Below are positions 17,927 through 27,508 of a stretch of 42,621 nucleotides of DNA, piece by piece (the stretch's first letter is position 1; each line of letters starts with the position of its first letter). A program made the position numbers and the translations under genes. The stretch lies in contig JAFXGD010000033.1 in NCBI GenBank assembly GCA_017513285.1, forward strand, positions 1-42,621. The letters run 5' to 3'. This stretch comes from Alphaproteobacteria bacterium (GTDB lineage: Bacteria; Pseudomonadota; Alphaproteobacteria; Rs-D84). The notes beneath the pieces were generated by a model. It was not told the origin of the DNA and did not search any database. It saw nothing but the letters and a program-made list of their open reading frames with translations.

Positions 17927-17977
17927 AACCGCCGAACGGCGGTTTTTTCTTGCAATCGCATAAAAACACTGTATAAT
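17927..17977 (+). terminator. Terminator running into the rpsA promoter
   Basis: AACCGCC-GAAC-GGCGGTT-TTTT, then TTGCAA (17950)-16nt-TATAAT (17972). Confidence 0.8.
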
Positions 17978-17983
17978 TTCATT

Positions 17984-18104
17984 CGATTTTGCGGGTGGGC
18001 GCAAATTCAATCCGATTAACCCCACAAGACCCCCAGAGAGATTTTAGGTGGCCTGCCACCCGAAACACTCGGCGAAGGGTGGCAAACTTTGATGAAAATT
18101 TCTT
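17984..18104 (+). promoter_or_regulatory. Structured, SD-less rpsA 5' leader
   Basis: AAGACC..GGTGGCC element and TGCCACCC/GGGTGGCA stem (18054-18083); AU-rich with no SD before the ATG, as is usual for rpsA. Confidence 0.5.
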
Positions 18105-19793
18105 ATGAAAGATTTATCCAAAGATTTATTTAATCCTGTATCCGGCGAAGACTTTGTCCAGATGTTCGATGCGAACTATGGTTCCCAAGAAACTTTGCAG
18201 GGTTACGCAACCAAAGGTACCGTCAAAGACATTCGTGGTGATTTTGCGATGGTTGACGTTGGCCTGAAATCCGAAGGTCGTGTTCCGTTAAAAGAATTCG
18301 GCGCATCTGTCCCATCTGTTGGCGACATTATTGACGTTTTTGTTGAACGTTACGAATCCCGTGAAGGTACGGCGGTTCTGTCATATGCCAAAGCACGTGC
18401 AGAAAAAGCATGGAAAGATTTGGAAAAAACAGTTGCCGAAGGTGTCGATCCCGAAGGTACAATTATCGAAGTTGTTCGTGGTGGCTTTACCGTGGACATC
18501 AATGGCGTATTTGCATTTATGCCATCGTCTCAGGTTGACCACAAACCAATCCGTGATGCGAAATCTTTGATTGGCTTGAAAGACAAATTCCGTGTATTGA
18601 AAATGGATGCTTTGCGCACAAACGCAATTGTATCACGTCGTGCAATCCAATCTGACACAATCGCTGCGGCGCAACGTGAAGCGATGAAGAACATCGAATT
18701 GGGTGCGGTTATCGAAGGTACAGTTAAAAACATCACAGATTATGGTGTGTTCATTGACTTGGGCGGCATCGATGGTTTGTTGCACGTAACAGACTTGTCA
18801 TGGAAACGTGTTAACCACCCACGTGAATTGGTACATGTTGGCGAAAAAATCAAAGTCAAAGTTATCCAATTCGACCCAGAATCACATCGTATTTCTTTGG
18901 GTGCAAAACAATTGGAAGAAGATCCATGGGAAACAGCGTCACGTGCGTTCAACGTTGGTGACACGGTATCTGGTAAAGTATCGTCTTTGACAGATTACGG
19001 TGCATTCATTGACTTGGGCAACAATATCGAAGGCTTGGTTCACATGTCTGAATTGTCTTGGACAAACAAAAACATCCACCCCAGCAAGGTTTTGCAAAAT
19101 GGCCAGGATGTAAACGTTATCGTTTTGGGTATTGACCAAGATAAACGTCGTATTTCATTGGGTTACAAACAATTGCAACCAAACCCATGGAAGCAATTTG
19201 CCGAAACACACAATGTTGGCGATGTGATTACAGGTCCAATTAAAAACACAACTGAATTCGGTTTGTTTGTTGCTTTGACATCTGAATTGGATGGTATGGT
19301 TCATATCTCTGATTTGTCTTGGAACAAATTGGACGAAGAAGAATTAAAGAAATTCGTCCGTGGCCAAGAAGTGACTGCGAAAATTTTGGATATTAATCCA
19401 GAAAAAGAACGTGTCACATTGGGTATCAAACAATTGACAGAAGGTGCCGAAAACAACGCCGCTTCTATCAAGAAGGGTGCGGTTGTATGTGGTACAGTTT
19501 CCGAAATCACACCTGATGAATTGGTTTTGACATTGGCGGGCGATGTGCGTGGTGTTATCCGTCGTACAGACTTGTCACGTGAAAAATCCGAACAAGACAC
19601 AGGCAAATATAACATTGGTGACAGCGTCGAAGCATCTGTTGTTTCCGTTGAAGACAACACTGTTAAATTGTCTATCCGTGCCTTGCAGGTGACATTGGAA
19701 AAGCAAGCGGTCAAAGAATTCTCGAACGAAGCGGACAGTGGTTCTGTTTTGGGCGACATTTTGGGCGCTGCAATCGAAAACAGCAAAAAATAA
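18105..19793 (+). CDS. rpsA: 30S ribosomal protein S1
   Basis: Six S1 repeats (VDVGLKSEG, TDYGVFIDLGGIDGLLHVTDLSW, EGLVHMSELSW, DGMVHISDLSW). Confidence 0.99.
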   Translation: MKDLSKDLFNPVSGEDFVQMFDANYGSQETLQGYATKGTVKDIRGDFAMVDVGLKSEGRVPLKEFGASVPSVGDIIDVFVERYESREGTAVLSYAKARAEKAWKDLEKTVAEGVDPEGTIIEVVRGGFTVDINGVFAFMPSSQVDHKPIRDAKSLIGLKDKFRVLKMDALRTNAIVSRRAIQSDTIAAAQREAMKNIELGAVIEGTVKNITDYGVFIDLGGIDGLLHVTDLSWKRVNHPRELVHVGEKIKVKVIQFDPESHRISLGAKQLEEDPWETASRAFNVGDTVSGKVSSLTDYGAFIDLGNNIEGLVHMSELSWTNKNIHPSKVLQNGQDVNVIVLGIDQDKRRISLGYKQLQPNPWKQFAETHNVGDVITGPIKNTTEFGLFVALTSELDGMVHISDLSWNKLDEEELKKFVRGQEVTAKILDINPEKERVTLGIKQLTEGAENNAASIKKGAVVCGTVSEITPDELVLTLAGDVRGVIRRTDLSREKSEQDTGKYNIGDSVEASVVSVEDNTVKLSIRALQVTLEKQAVKEFSNEADSGSVLGDILGAAIENSKK

Positions 19794-19815
19794 TTTGCAT
19801 ATTTGTGAATTATTT

Positions 19816-19858
19816 CACCGTTTGGCATCTTGCCAAACGGTGTTTTTCATGATACAAT
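19816..19858 (+). terminator. rpsA terminator containing the -35 of the next promoter
   Basis: Perfect 12-bp stem CACCGTTTGGCA-TCT-TGCCAAACGGTG plus TTTTT; TTGCCA (19830)-17nt-TACAAT (19853). Confidence 0.85.
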
Positions 19859-19883
19859 TAAAATATATTATGGGGTGACGATT

Positions 19884-20444
19884 ATGACGCACAAACCAGA
19901 AATTATTGTCATGATGGGCGGCCAAGGTGTTGGCAAAGGAACTTTCTCTAAAATGTTAATGGCGCGACACGATTTCGATCATATCGAAGTCGGGGCGATT
20001 TTGCGTACTGCGCCTGCGGATTCTGATATTGGTCGCACGATTGCATCTGGCAATTTGGTGCCGGACGAACTGTTATTCGATATGATGCGTGAACGCATAT
20101 CCGATACACGTGACACGATTTTGGATGGTTTTCCCCGTAAATTGACCCAGGCGCAATGGCTGGTTAAAAACTATGCCAAAACACATAATGTTCATGTGTT
20201 ATATTTGCATGTGCCGACGGATATTTTGATTGCCCGTATAAACAAGCGTATTCGTGAAGGCGGCGGTCGCACCGACGATGCGAACCCCGATGTCATTCGT
20301 CGTCGTTTGGAACTGTATCACACGGTCACAATGCCTGCGATTGAATGGTTGCGCACCGCACCGGGTATAAAGTTTTCTTATATCAATGCGGATGGCGATG
20401 TACGTGATAACTTTGCGGAAATAGTTGCGGCTTTACGGCCATAA
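19884..20444 (+). CDS. Adenylate-kinase-family nucleoside monophosphate kinase (short LID)
   Basis: P-loop GGQGVGKGT, GNLVPDE, LDGFPRKLTQA, GRTDD. Start re-called at ATG 19884 (GGGGTG RBS). Confidence 0.9.
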   Translation: MTHKPEIIVMMGGQGVGKGTFSKMLMARHDFDHIEVGAILRTAPADSDIGRTIASGNLVPDELLFDMMRERISDTRDTILDGFPRKLTQAQWLVKNYAKTHNVHVLYLHVPTDILIARINKRIREGGGRTDDANPDVIRRRLELYHTVTMPAIEWLRTAPGIKFSYINADGDVRDNFAEIVAALRP

Positions 20445-20455
20445 ATCATATTGTT

Positions 20456-21367
20456 TTAATCTTTGGCCCTTGGATGGGCATGTGCATAAATATTGGATAT
20501 TTCGGCCATATTTACTTTTGTGTATAACTGTGTCGTTGACAATGACGCATGCCCCAATAATTCTTGCAGACTGCGCAAATCTGCACCACCCGCCAACAGC
20601 GCAGTTGCAAACGTATGTCGCAGTGCGTGCGGTGTCACATAGTCGGGCAGTTGCAACCAATGTCTTAATTTTTCCACGACCTTTTCTGCCATGCGTGCCG
20701 ACATTGGCAGCCCCCGCACACTGCGAAACAGTTCATCGTTCGCATCGTTTCCAAACGGGCGTAAATTCATATATTTTTCAATCGCATCCCATACGATTGG
20801 CAATACCGGCACCAATCTTTCTTTGTTTCCTTTGCCGGTAATTCTTAATATGTCGGGGTGACCGTATGTGTCACAGTTTTTTAATCCCAACGCTTCGGAA
20901 ATTCGCAATCCGCACCCAAACAGTAATACCACCAACGCCCAATCACGTGCCGCAATCCATGGTTCGTCTGCATCGATATCGGCGATTGCGCCCCGCATAT
21001 GTTCGACATCAATTGCATCAATTGCCTTGGACAGTTTTTTTATCACCTTGGGTGCCGATATCAATCCGATGGATTCGTTTTTTATACCATATTTTTTTGT
21101 TAAAAATTTAAAGAATCCACGCACTGCGGATAAAGTCCGTGCCGTTGATTTATGTGTTAAACCATTTCTTTGGCAATCGGCCAAGAACGAACGAAAGCAT
21201 ATTGTATCAATCCGTCCCATATCCTGCAGCAATGGCGGGGTACTGGTATAATTTTCATAGAACTTCAGAAAGTCTGTAATATCACGTTCATATGCCGTTA
21301 CGGTATGTTCCGAATAATGTTTTGTTTGTCCCAAGTATTCCAAAAATTCCGCAACGGCATTTTGCAT
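20456..21367 (-). CDS. xerC: Tyrosine recombinase XerC
   Basis: SEHTVTAYERD, GLRISEAL, GKGNKERLVP, TPHALRHTFAT..GADLRSLQELLGHASLSTTQLYT. Confidence 0.9.
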   Translation of the reverse strand: MQNAVAEFLEYLGQTKHYSEHTVTAYERDITDFLKFYENYTSTPPLLQDMGRIDTICFRSFLADCQRNGLTHKSTARTLSAVRGFFKFLTKKYGIKNESIGLISAPKVIKKLSKAIDAIDVEHMRGAIADIDADEPWIAARDWALVVLLFGCGLRISEALGLKNCDTYGHPDILRITGKGNKERLVPVLPIVWDAIEKYMNLRPFGNDANDELFRSVRGLPMSARMAEKVVEKLRHWLQLPDYVTPHALRHTFATALLAGGADLRSLQELLGHASLSTTQLYTKVNMAEISNIYAHAHPRAKD

Positions 21368-21375
21368 ATGTGTCC

Positions 21376-22113
21376 TTATTTAATTTCAAAAATTGCATTC
21401 ACGGTAACGGATACATCTGTGTCTTTTGCGACGATTGTACCGGCGGCGACATCGGCATTTGCACTGGTTGCCATTGCGACTTTTGACCGCATTAAATTAT
21501 ATGCGGGCTGTGGGTTATATGCGGTGTTTGTTCCATATGACACCGCCAACATTTTACCTGCTGTTTTGCTGTCACCGGCGGCCAATGCATTTGCACGTGT
21601 GCGTGCATTTTCGACCGCCAAAGACATACATTCTTCCATAATTGGTTTTAATACTTTGGCACTGGTGTACATACGCAAATCTTCGGAAAACACATTTTTT
21701 TGACCTGCGAATTTTGCCAACAAGTTTTCAATGGTTGTCGTATTATCTGCGGACACTTCGACGGCGATTGTTGTTTCAATCCCCAATATTTCAGATTTCT
21801 GCAGTTCACGATTCCACTCTGATTTTTCATATGAATTAAATTGTTTGGTTTGGATTTCGACCGGCTGGGTTTTTAAATAGTTCACAATATCGGCCATCTG
21901 TGCGGTTGCGTCCCGCATAGAATCTGCGGCATTTTGTGCCAATGCCGCAACACGCAATGTTATTGCGGTTTTATCTTTTGGTGCAGATGTCAAACATTCC
22001 CCCACAACGGATATTGTTTTTGGGGCGTCCGTTGTGCGCATTGCATCAAACACCAACGACATAACAGCGGCGGCCCCGATGACTGTACCAATCCAAATAA
22101 CGGTTTTTTTCAT
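21376..22113 (-). CDS. SIMPL/YggE (DUF541) family periplasmic protein
   Basis: N-terminal anchor, TISVVGE....PKD, AVENARTRANALA, terminal VSVTVNAIFEI; AGGAGAG RBS. Confidence 0.85.
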   Translation of the reverse strand: MKKTVIWIGTVIGAAAVMSLVFDAMRTTDAPKTISVVGECLTSAPKDKTAITLRVAALAQNAADSMRDATAQMADIVNYLKTQPVEIQTKQFNSYEKSEWNRELQKSEILGIETTIAVEVSADNTTTIENLLAKFAGQKNVFSEDLRMYTSAKVLKPIMEECMSLAVENARTRANALAAGDSKTAGKMLAVSYGTNTAYNPQPAYNLMRSKVAMATSANADVAAGTIVAKDTDVSVTVNAIFEIK

Positions 22114-22132
22114 TTTCTCTCTCCTGTTTTAA

Positions 22133-23125
22133 TTATCCCAGCATTGCTTTTTTTACACGTTGCATCGTACGTTCTGCGATTTGTTTGGCCTGTTGTGCGC
22201 CGTGATTCAATACCGCATCAATTTCATGTTTGTTTTCCATCAATCGTTCGTATTCTGTTCGTGCGTCTTTTATTGCGCCATTGATTTTATCGAACAGTAT
22301 TGTTTTTGCAGTACCATATCCCATTCCACCACGTCGGAACATATCGGCAAATTCTGCGATTTCTGGTTCGGTGGCGAAATGCTTGTACAATTGGAAAATA
22401 GTGGATTCATCGGGGTTCTTTGATTCTTCTGGTGTTTTAGAATCCGTGATGATGCGCATAATTTTCTTTTTCAATTCATTTTCCGGTGCCATTAACGGTA
22501 TGGTGTTGTCGTATGACTTGCTCATCTTGCGTCCATCCAAACCGGGAATCAGTCCTGATTCTTTACCTATAACGGGTTCTGGCATTTTGAAAGTTTCACC
22601 ATATATTGCATTAAAGTGTCCGGCAATATCCCGTGCAAATTCCACATGCTGTTTTTGATCGGCGCCGACCGGCACGATATCTGCCCCATACAGTAATATG
22701 TCAGCCGACATTAAAATTGGGTATGTGTACAATCCCATATTAACACCCGCATCAACATCCACGCCATTTGCGATATTTTTATCCATGGCGGCTTTGTACG
22801 AATGCGCCCGGTTCATTAATCCCTTTGGTGTGACATTCATCAGCAGTGTATTTAATTGATAAATTTGTTCAACGTCGGATTGTCTGAACATCAGTGTATT
22901 ATTTAAATCAATTCCCAACGCCATCATAATTGCGGCGGCCTGATATGTGTGTTCACGCACAGTTTTTGGGTCGTATATTGTATTCAGTGCATGCAAATCC
23001 GCAATAAACATGATTGTTTTTTGTGTTTTTGCGGATTCTATCATTGGCTTTAACGCACCGATATAGTTGCCAAAGTGTGGCATTCCGGTTGGTTTGATAC
23101 CGGTTAAAACGATTTTATTTGTCAT
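22133..23125 (-). CDS. trpS: Tryptophanyl-tRNA synthetase
   Basis: TGIKPTGMPHFGNY (HIGH-like), ADLHAL, YPILMSADIL, VPVGADQKQH, KMSKS. Start re-called at ATG 23125 (AAGG RBS). Confidence 0.98.
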   Translation of the reverse strand: MTNKIVLTGIKPTGMPHFGNYIGALKPMIESAKTQKTIMFIADLHALNTIYDPKTVREHTYQAAAIMMALGIDLNNTLMFRQSDVEQIYQLNTLLMNVTPKGLMNRAHSYKAAMDKNIANGVDVDAGVNMGLYTYPILMSADILLYGADIVPVGADQKQHVEFARDIAGHFNAIYGETFKMPEPVIGKESGLIPGLDGRKMSKSYDNTIPLMAPENELKKKIMRIITDSKTPEESKNPDESTIFQLYKHFATEPEIAEFADMFRRGGMGYGTAKTILFDKINGAIKDARTEYERLMENKHEIDAVLNHGAQQAKQIAERTMQRVKKAMLG

Positions 23126-23169
23126 AATGATTACCTTTTCTGTTTTGTATTTTAATTGTTTTCTGGATG

Positions 23170-23313
23170 AAATAAAAGCCCAAAATTTAACAACGCCCGG
23201 GATACGGCGCACAATAAAGCATCAGGCGGCAACGCGCCAACATTTATTTACAGAAAAGATAAATTTGCTGTTAAACATATGCAAATTATAAAACATAATA
23301 TTTACAAAATCAA
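23170..23313 (-). promoter_or_regulatory. trpS promoter and putative ribosome-mediated attenuator
   Basis: TTGATT (23313-23308)-17nt-TATAAT (23290-23285); crossing helices GGCGCG/TGCGCC and CGCCTGATGC/GTATCCCGGGCG; weak CCCGGG/TTTGGG stem plus CTTTTATTT. Confidence 0.65.
23222..23278 (-). CDS. Putative trpS leader peptide MFNSKFIFSVNKCWRVAA (leaderless uORF)
   Basis: ATG begins 7 nt after a perfect TATAAT; Trp-Arg near the end; TGA stop; followed by alternative hairpins. Confidence 0.7.
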   Translation of the reverse strand: MFNSKFIFSVNKCWRVAA

Positions 23314-23314
23314 T

Positions 23315-23340
23315 AAAAATCCCCCAAACGGGGGATTTTT
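23315..23340 (-). terminator. Intrinsic terminator after infB
   Basis: AAAAATCCCCC-AAAC-GGGGGATTTTT overlapping the infB stop. Confidence 0.9.
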
Positions 23341-25750
23341 ATATTTGCGCACGAACTTCTTCTACTTCATAGCATTCGACCCGGTCGCCTTCTTTTAAAT
23401 CGTTATATTTATCAAAGGACATACCGAATTCAACCCCGCCGGATACTTCTTTTACTTCATTTTTTTCACGGCGCAGTTGTCCGATTTTGCCGTCATAAAT
23501 TACGACATTGTTACGCAACAATCGCACAAAAGCATCTTTTTTAATTGTGCCTTCGGTCATGCGACATCCGGCCACACGGATACCTTTGCCCACGGTAAAC
23601 AGCGCGATAACATCTGCGTATCCAATAAAGTTTTCTTTTCTTTCTGGTGCCAATTTACCGGACAAAATTTCTTTGATTTCATCTGTGATACGATAAACCA
23701 CGCTGTGATATCTGATATCGACACCATTGCTGCGTGCCATATCACGCACAGCAGAATCTGCACGCACATTAAATGCGATAATTACGGCACCGGATGCGGT
23801 TGCCAAACGAATATCGCCTTCGGTGATTTGACCGACACCTGCGGACAAGATATCAACCCCAACTTTATCCGTATTGATTTCTTTAATCATATCACTGATT
23901 GCTTCGACGGAACCTTGGACGTCTGCACGCAATACGACCGGCAGTATCATCTTTTTGTTTTCGTCACGCTTTGCGAACAATTCTTCCAACGAAGACCGTT
24001 TAACGGCATTTGCTTTATCTTTTGCCTTTTGCACACGATATGCGGCAACTTCACGTGTTTGCGCTTCGGTTTCCATGACACGTAATTCGTCACCTGCGCT
24101 GGGGACTGTGTTCAATCCCAACACGACGGCCGGTTGGCCCGGTTTGACAGATTTGACACGTTCGCCGGCCGAATTTATCAATCCACGCACACGGCCAAAT
24201 GTTTCACCAACAACGAATACATCGCCAATTTTTAATGTTCCTTGGCGCATTAATACGGTTGCGACTGCGCCCAAACCTTTTTCTTGTTTTGCTTCGACAA
24301 CGAATGCGACGGCGGGCATATCGGGATCTGCTTTTAATTCCATCATTTCTGCCTGTAACAGAATTGCTTCTTCTAATTTATCCAATCCGATACGTTTTGT
24401 TGCAGAAATTTCAACGCATTGCACATCGCCACCCATTTCTTCGACTTGCACTTCTTGTTGCAGCAAATCTGTCTTTACCCGCATTGGGTTTGCTTCTGGC
24501 AAATCGATTTTATTGATTGCGACAATGAAAGGCACTTTGGCGGCACGGATATGGTTAATTGCTTCGATTGTCTGTGGCATAATAGAATCATTTGCGGCCA
24601 CGACCAACACGACGATATCGGCCATTTGTGCGCCACGTGCGCGCATTGCGGTAAATGTTTCGTGTCCCGGCGTATCCAAGAAAGTAATCATTTCACCCGA
24701 TTGCGTTTTTACTTCATACGAAGACACGTGTTGTGTAATACCACCGGCTTCGCCTGCGGCAACATTTGCATTACGGAATGCGTCCAACAAAGACGTTTTA
24801 CCATGGTCAACGTGTCCCACAACGGTCACAACGGGCGCCCGTGGTGCCAATTTTTCTGGGTTTGGTTCACGTTCCAATTGGTCGGCATATGGTTTTACAT
24901 CGACACGTTTAACGGTTGCGCCGAATTCTGTGGCGACCAATTCTGCGGTATCTGCATCAATAGATTGATTGACAGATGCCATCATACCCATTTCCATCAA
25001 TTTTTTGATAACGTTGCCGACTTTTTCTGCCATTGCGGCGGCCAAATCTTTCACGGTGATTGTGTCACCCAATGTGACAACGTGTTCGACTTTCTGTGGT
25101 GCAGAAAATACCGCCCGTGCTTTTTCACGAAAGCGTTTTAATGATGCTTCGGATCTGCGGCGATTTGCACCACGTAATCCGATTTCATCGTCATCATCAC
25201 CGTCGCCACCCATAATGATATCGTGCAAATGAATTTTGCCGGATTTTTTAAAGTCCTTTTTATTTGCGAACTTGTTTGGGCGTCCTTCATCGTCATCGTT
25301 ATTGCGGTTTTTGCGATTTGCACCCGCAACCGCATTATTCGTAAAGACTTTTTGTGTCTGTGCCGGTTTTGCAGCTTTGACCGGTTGAGTATTTTCTTCT
25401 GTGGCATCATTGGCACTGTTATTGGCATTTTCACGTGCGGCCAACTGTTCACGAACCTGTTCGTATTCACGTGTTTCACGTTCGATTTCTGCGGCCCGTG
25501 CAGCCCGTGCGGCTTCTTCTGCGGCTTCACGTTGTCTGCGTTCTTCTTCACGTGCCTTGGCGGCGGCCAACACTGCACGCAGTTTTTCATCTGCGGCATT
25601 TTTTTGTGTGGCAGGGGTGTTTGGTTCATCCCTTAATTCTTTATTACCCGGTGCGACGACCCGTCTGCGTCTTTCGACAAAGACGGCATCGCCTTTTTTG
25701 CTGCGAACCGCATCGGTTGTAACAGATTTTCCCAGTGTCAATGTTGCCAT
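23339..25750 (-). CDS. infB: Translation initiation factor IF-2
   Basis: [48 protein letters not shown]. Confidence 0.99.
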   Translation of the reverse strand: MATLTLGKSVTTDAVRSKKGDAVFVERRRRVVAPGNKELRDEPNTPATQKNAADEKLRAVLAAAKAREEERRQREAAEEAARAARAAEIERETREYEQVREQLAARENANNSANDATEENTQPVKAAKPAQTQKVFTNNAVAGANRKNRNNDDDEGRPNKFANKKDFKKSGKIHLHDIIMGGDGDDDDEIGLRGANRRRSEASLKRFREKARAVFSAPQKVEHVVTLGDTITVKDLAAAMAEKVGNVIKKLMEMGMMASVNQSIDADTAELVATEFGATVKRVDVKPYADQLEREPNPEKLAPRAPVVTVVGHVDHGKTSLLDAFRNANVAAGEAGGITQHVSSYEVKTQSGEMITFLDTPGHETFTAMRARGAQMADIVVLVVAANDSIMPQTIEAINHIRAAKVPFIVAINKIDLPEANPMRVKTDLLQQEVQVEEMGGDVQCVEISATKRIGLDKLEEAILLQAEMMELKADPDMPAVAFVVEAKQEKGLGAVATVLMRQGTLKIGDVFVVGETFGRVRGLINSAGERVKSVKPGQPAVVLGLNTVPSAGDELRVMETEAQTREVAAYRVQKAKDKANAVKRSSLEELFAKRDENKKMILPVVLRADVQGSVEAISDMIKEINTDKVGVDILSAGVGQITEGDIRLATASGAVIIAFNVRADSAVRDMARSNGVDIRYHSVVYRITDEIKEILSGKLAPERKENFIGYADVIALFTVGKGIRVAGCRMTEGTIKKDAFVRLLRNNVVIYDGKIGQLRREKNEVKEVSGGVEFGMSFDKYNDLKEGDRVECYEVEEVRAQI

Positions 25751-25787
25751 ATATATTCACTCCGTTTATATCATTATCAAATAACGC

Positions 25788-27326
25788 TTATTCGTTATCC
25801 TGTTTAATGTCGTATGCCAATTCACGTGCTTTCATAATTACACGGCCCGCCAAACGGTTTGACATAGTATCTTCGCCCAAGATTTCGACCAATTCATCTG
25901 TTGCCAAATCTGCCAAATCTTCCAAAGATTTAATGCCTGCTTCACCCAATTTCATGATAGTTGGGCGTTTGATAAAGTCGAACTTTAACAAATCATCAGA
26001 CATACCAATTTTGTGGCCGTTATCCAAATAGTCTTGTTCGACTTTGGCCAAATAATCTTTTGCACGTTTTTGTAATTCTGCGGCCAATTCTGGATTAAAT
26101 CCTTCGACGGCTTCTAATTCTGCGATATCGACGAATGCGATTTCTTCGATTGTGCGGAATCCTTCTGTAATCAGCAGTTGTGCAATCATTTCATCGACAT
26201 CCAACCCACCGATAAACAGTTCTGTTTTTTCTTTAAATTCTTTTGCACGTCTTTCTTGTTCTTCGACTTCGTTCATAACGTCGATATTCCAACCTGTCAA
26301 TTGGGATGCCAAGCGCACATTTTGTCCACGGCGACCGATTGCCAAAGATTGTTGATCTTCGTTTACGACCACGGCTGCGCTGCGTGTATCTTCATCGACG
26401 ATAATTTTTGCGACTTTTGCCGGTTGCATTGCGTTAACGATAAAGACGGCCGGGTCTTCTGAATACAAAATAACGTCAATTTTTTCGCCGTGACATTCGT
26501 TAATAACGGGTTGGATACGTGTACCTTTGATACCGACGGTCATACCGACTGCGTCAATAGATGGGTCTTGTGTTTCCACGGCGATTTTTGCGTGTGAACC
26601 CGGCGCACGTGCCACGGACTTGATTTTGATAATGCCTTCATAGATTTCAGGCACTTCTTGCACGAACAGTTTTTCCATAAACATTGGGTGTGTACGTGTC
26701 AAGAAAATCTGTGGGCCTGTATTGGAACGTGCGACGTCCATAATCAATGCGCGCACACGGTCACCCACGGCCAATCTTTCACCTGGGATTAATTCTGTTC
26801 CTTTGATATATCCTTCGGCTTTGCCATTAATATCCACGAATACATTTCCGAATTCGATACGTTTTACAATTCCGCTGACGATATCGCCGATATTGTCTTT
26901 GAATTCTTCGAACTGACGTCCTTTTTCTGCATCACGCACACGTGCGGTCATCATTTGTTTTGCGGTTTGGAACGCCATACGTCCAAATTCAGGTTCGGGC
27001 AGGGCGTCTTCCACCACGTCGCCAACGGATGGGTTTTTGGCATATTTTTTTGCCTGTTCCACGGTCAGCATAGTGTTCGGGTCATAATCATCGCCTGCAT
27101 CTGCGGGTGATTTGATAACATCGAATAAACGCTTTACATAAATTGCGCCATTTTTGCGATCAATAGATGCGGTAATATTAAATTCTTCGCCATATTTATG
27201 TTTTGCAATTTTTGCGATTGCGGCCTCTAAAGATTCGATAACGACGTCACGGTCGATTTGTTTTTCTTGGGCCAAAGAATCGATTGCTAACAATAAATCT
27301 TGGCGTGGCATAGATACAAAAGACAT
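25788..27326 (-). CDS. nusA: Transcription termination factor NusA
   Basis: FGRMAFQTAKQ, S1 and KH domains, EVPEIYEG, LAIGRRGQNVRLASQLTGW, acidic C-terminal repeats. Confidence 0.99.
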   Translation of the reverse strand: MSFVSMPRQDLLLAIDSLAQEKQIDRDVVIESLEAAIAKIAKHKYGEEFNITASIDRKNGAIYVKRLFDVIKSPADAGDDYDPNTMLTVEQAKKYAKNPSVGDVVEDALPEPEFGRMAFQTAKQMMTARVRDAEKGRQFEEFKDNIGDIVSGIVKRIEFGNVFVDINGKAEGYIKGTELIPGERLAVGDRVRALIMDVARSNTGPQIFLTRTHPMFMEKLFVQEVPEIYEGIIKIKSVARAPGSHAKIAVETQDPSIDAVGMTVGIKGTRIQPVINECHGEKIDVILYSEDPAVFIVNAMQPAKVAKIIVDEDTRSAAVVVNEDQQSLAIGRRGQNVRLASQLTGWNIDVMNEVEEQERRAKEFKEKTELFIGGLDVDEMIAQLLITEGFRTIEEIAFVDIAELEAVEGFNPELAAELQKRAKDYLAKVEQDYLDNGHKIGMSDDLLKFDFIKRPTIMKLGEAGIKSLEDLADLATDELVEILGEDTMSNRLAGRVIMKARELAYDIKQDNE

Positions 27327-27362
27327 TCATATACTCCTTTGCGTTTATTAAGATGTCTTACG

Positions 27363-27445
27363 AAAAGGCGGGGTTTCGTCAACCCCGCCCCCAAAATTAC
27401 TTTCAAGAACACCACATATTATAAATACGAATCGTGAAAAATCAA
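27363..27445 (-). promoter_or_regulatory. nusA promoter and terminator-like leader hairpin
   Basis: TTGATT-16nt-TATAAT (27445-27418); GGCGGGGTT-GACGA-AACCCCGCC-TTTT in the leader (27389-27363). Confidence 0.7.
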
Positions 27446-27508
27446 GGTAAAAATACATTTCATAAAAATGTGGCGGATTCAGAATTTTTTATTTATAATC
27501 GACTGGCT

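Noticed and set aside
20456-21367. Tyrosine recombinase as a phage or island integrase
   Set aside because: Size and motifs fit housekeeping XerC; it is operonic with trpS-SIMPL and has no att site or cargo.
23477-25784. Long + strand ORFs opposite infB (e.g. 364 aa at 23874-24968) and similar antisense ORFs over rpoB, rpoC, rpsA and rplL
   Set aside because: Shadow frames produced by codon bias of the real genes; no RBS or recognisable motifs.
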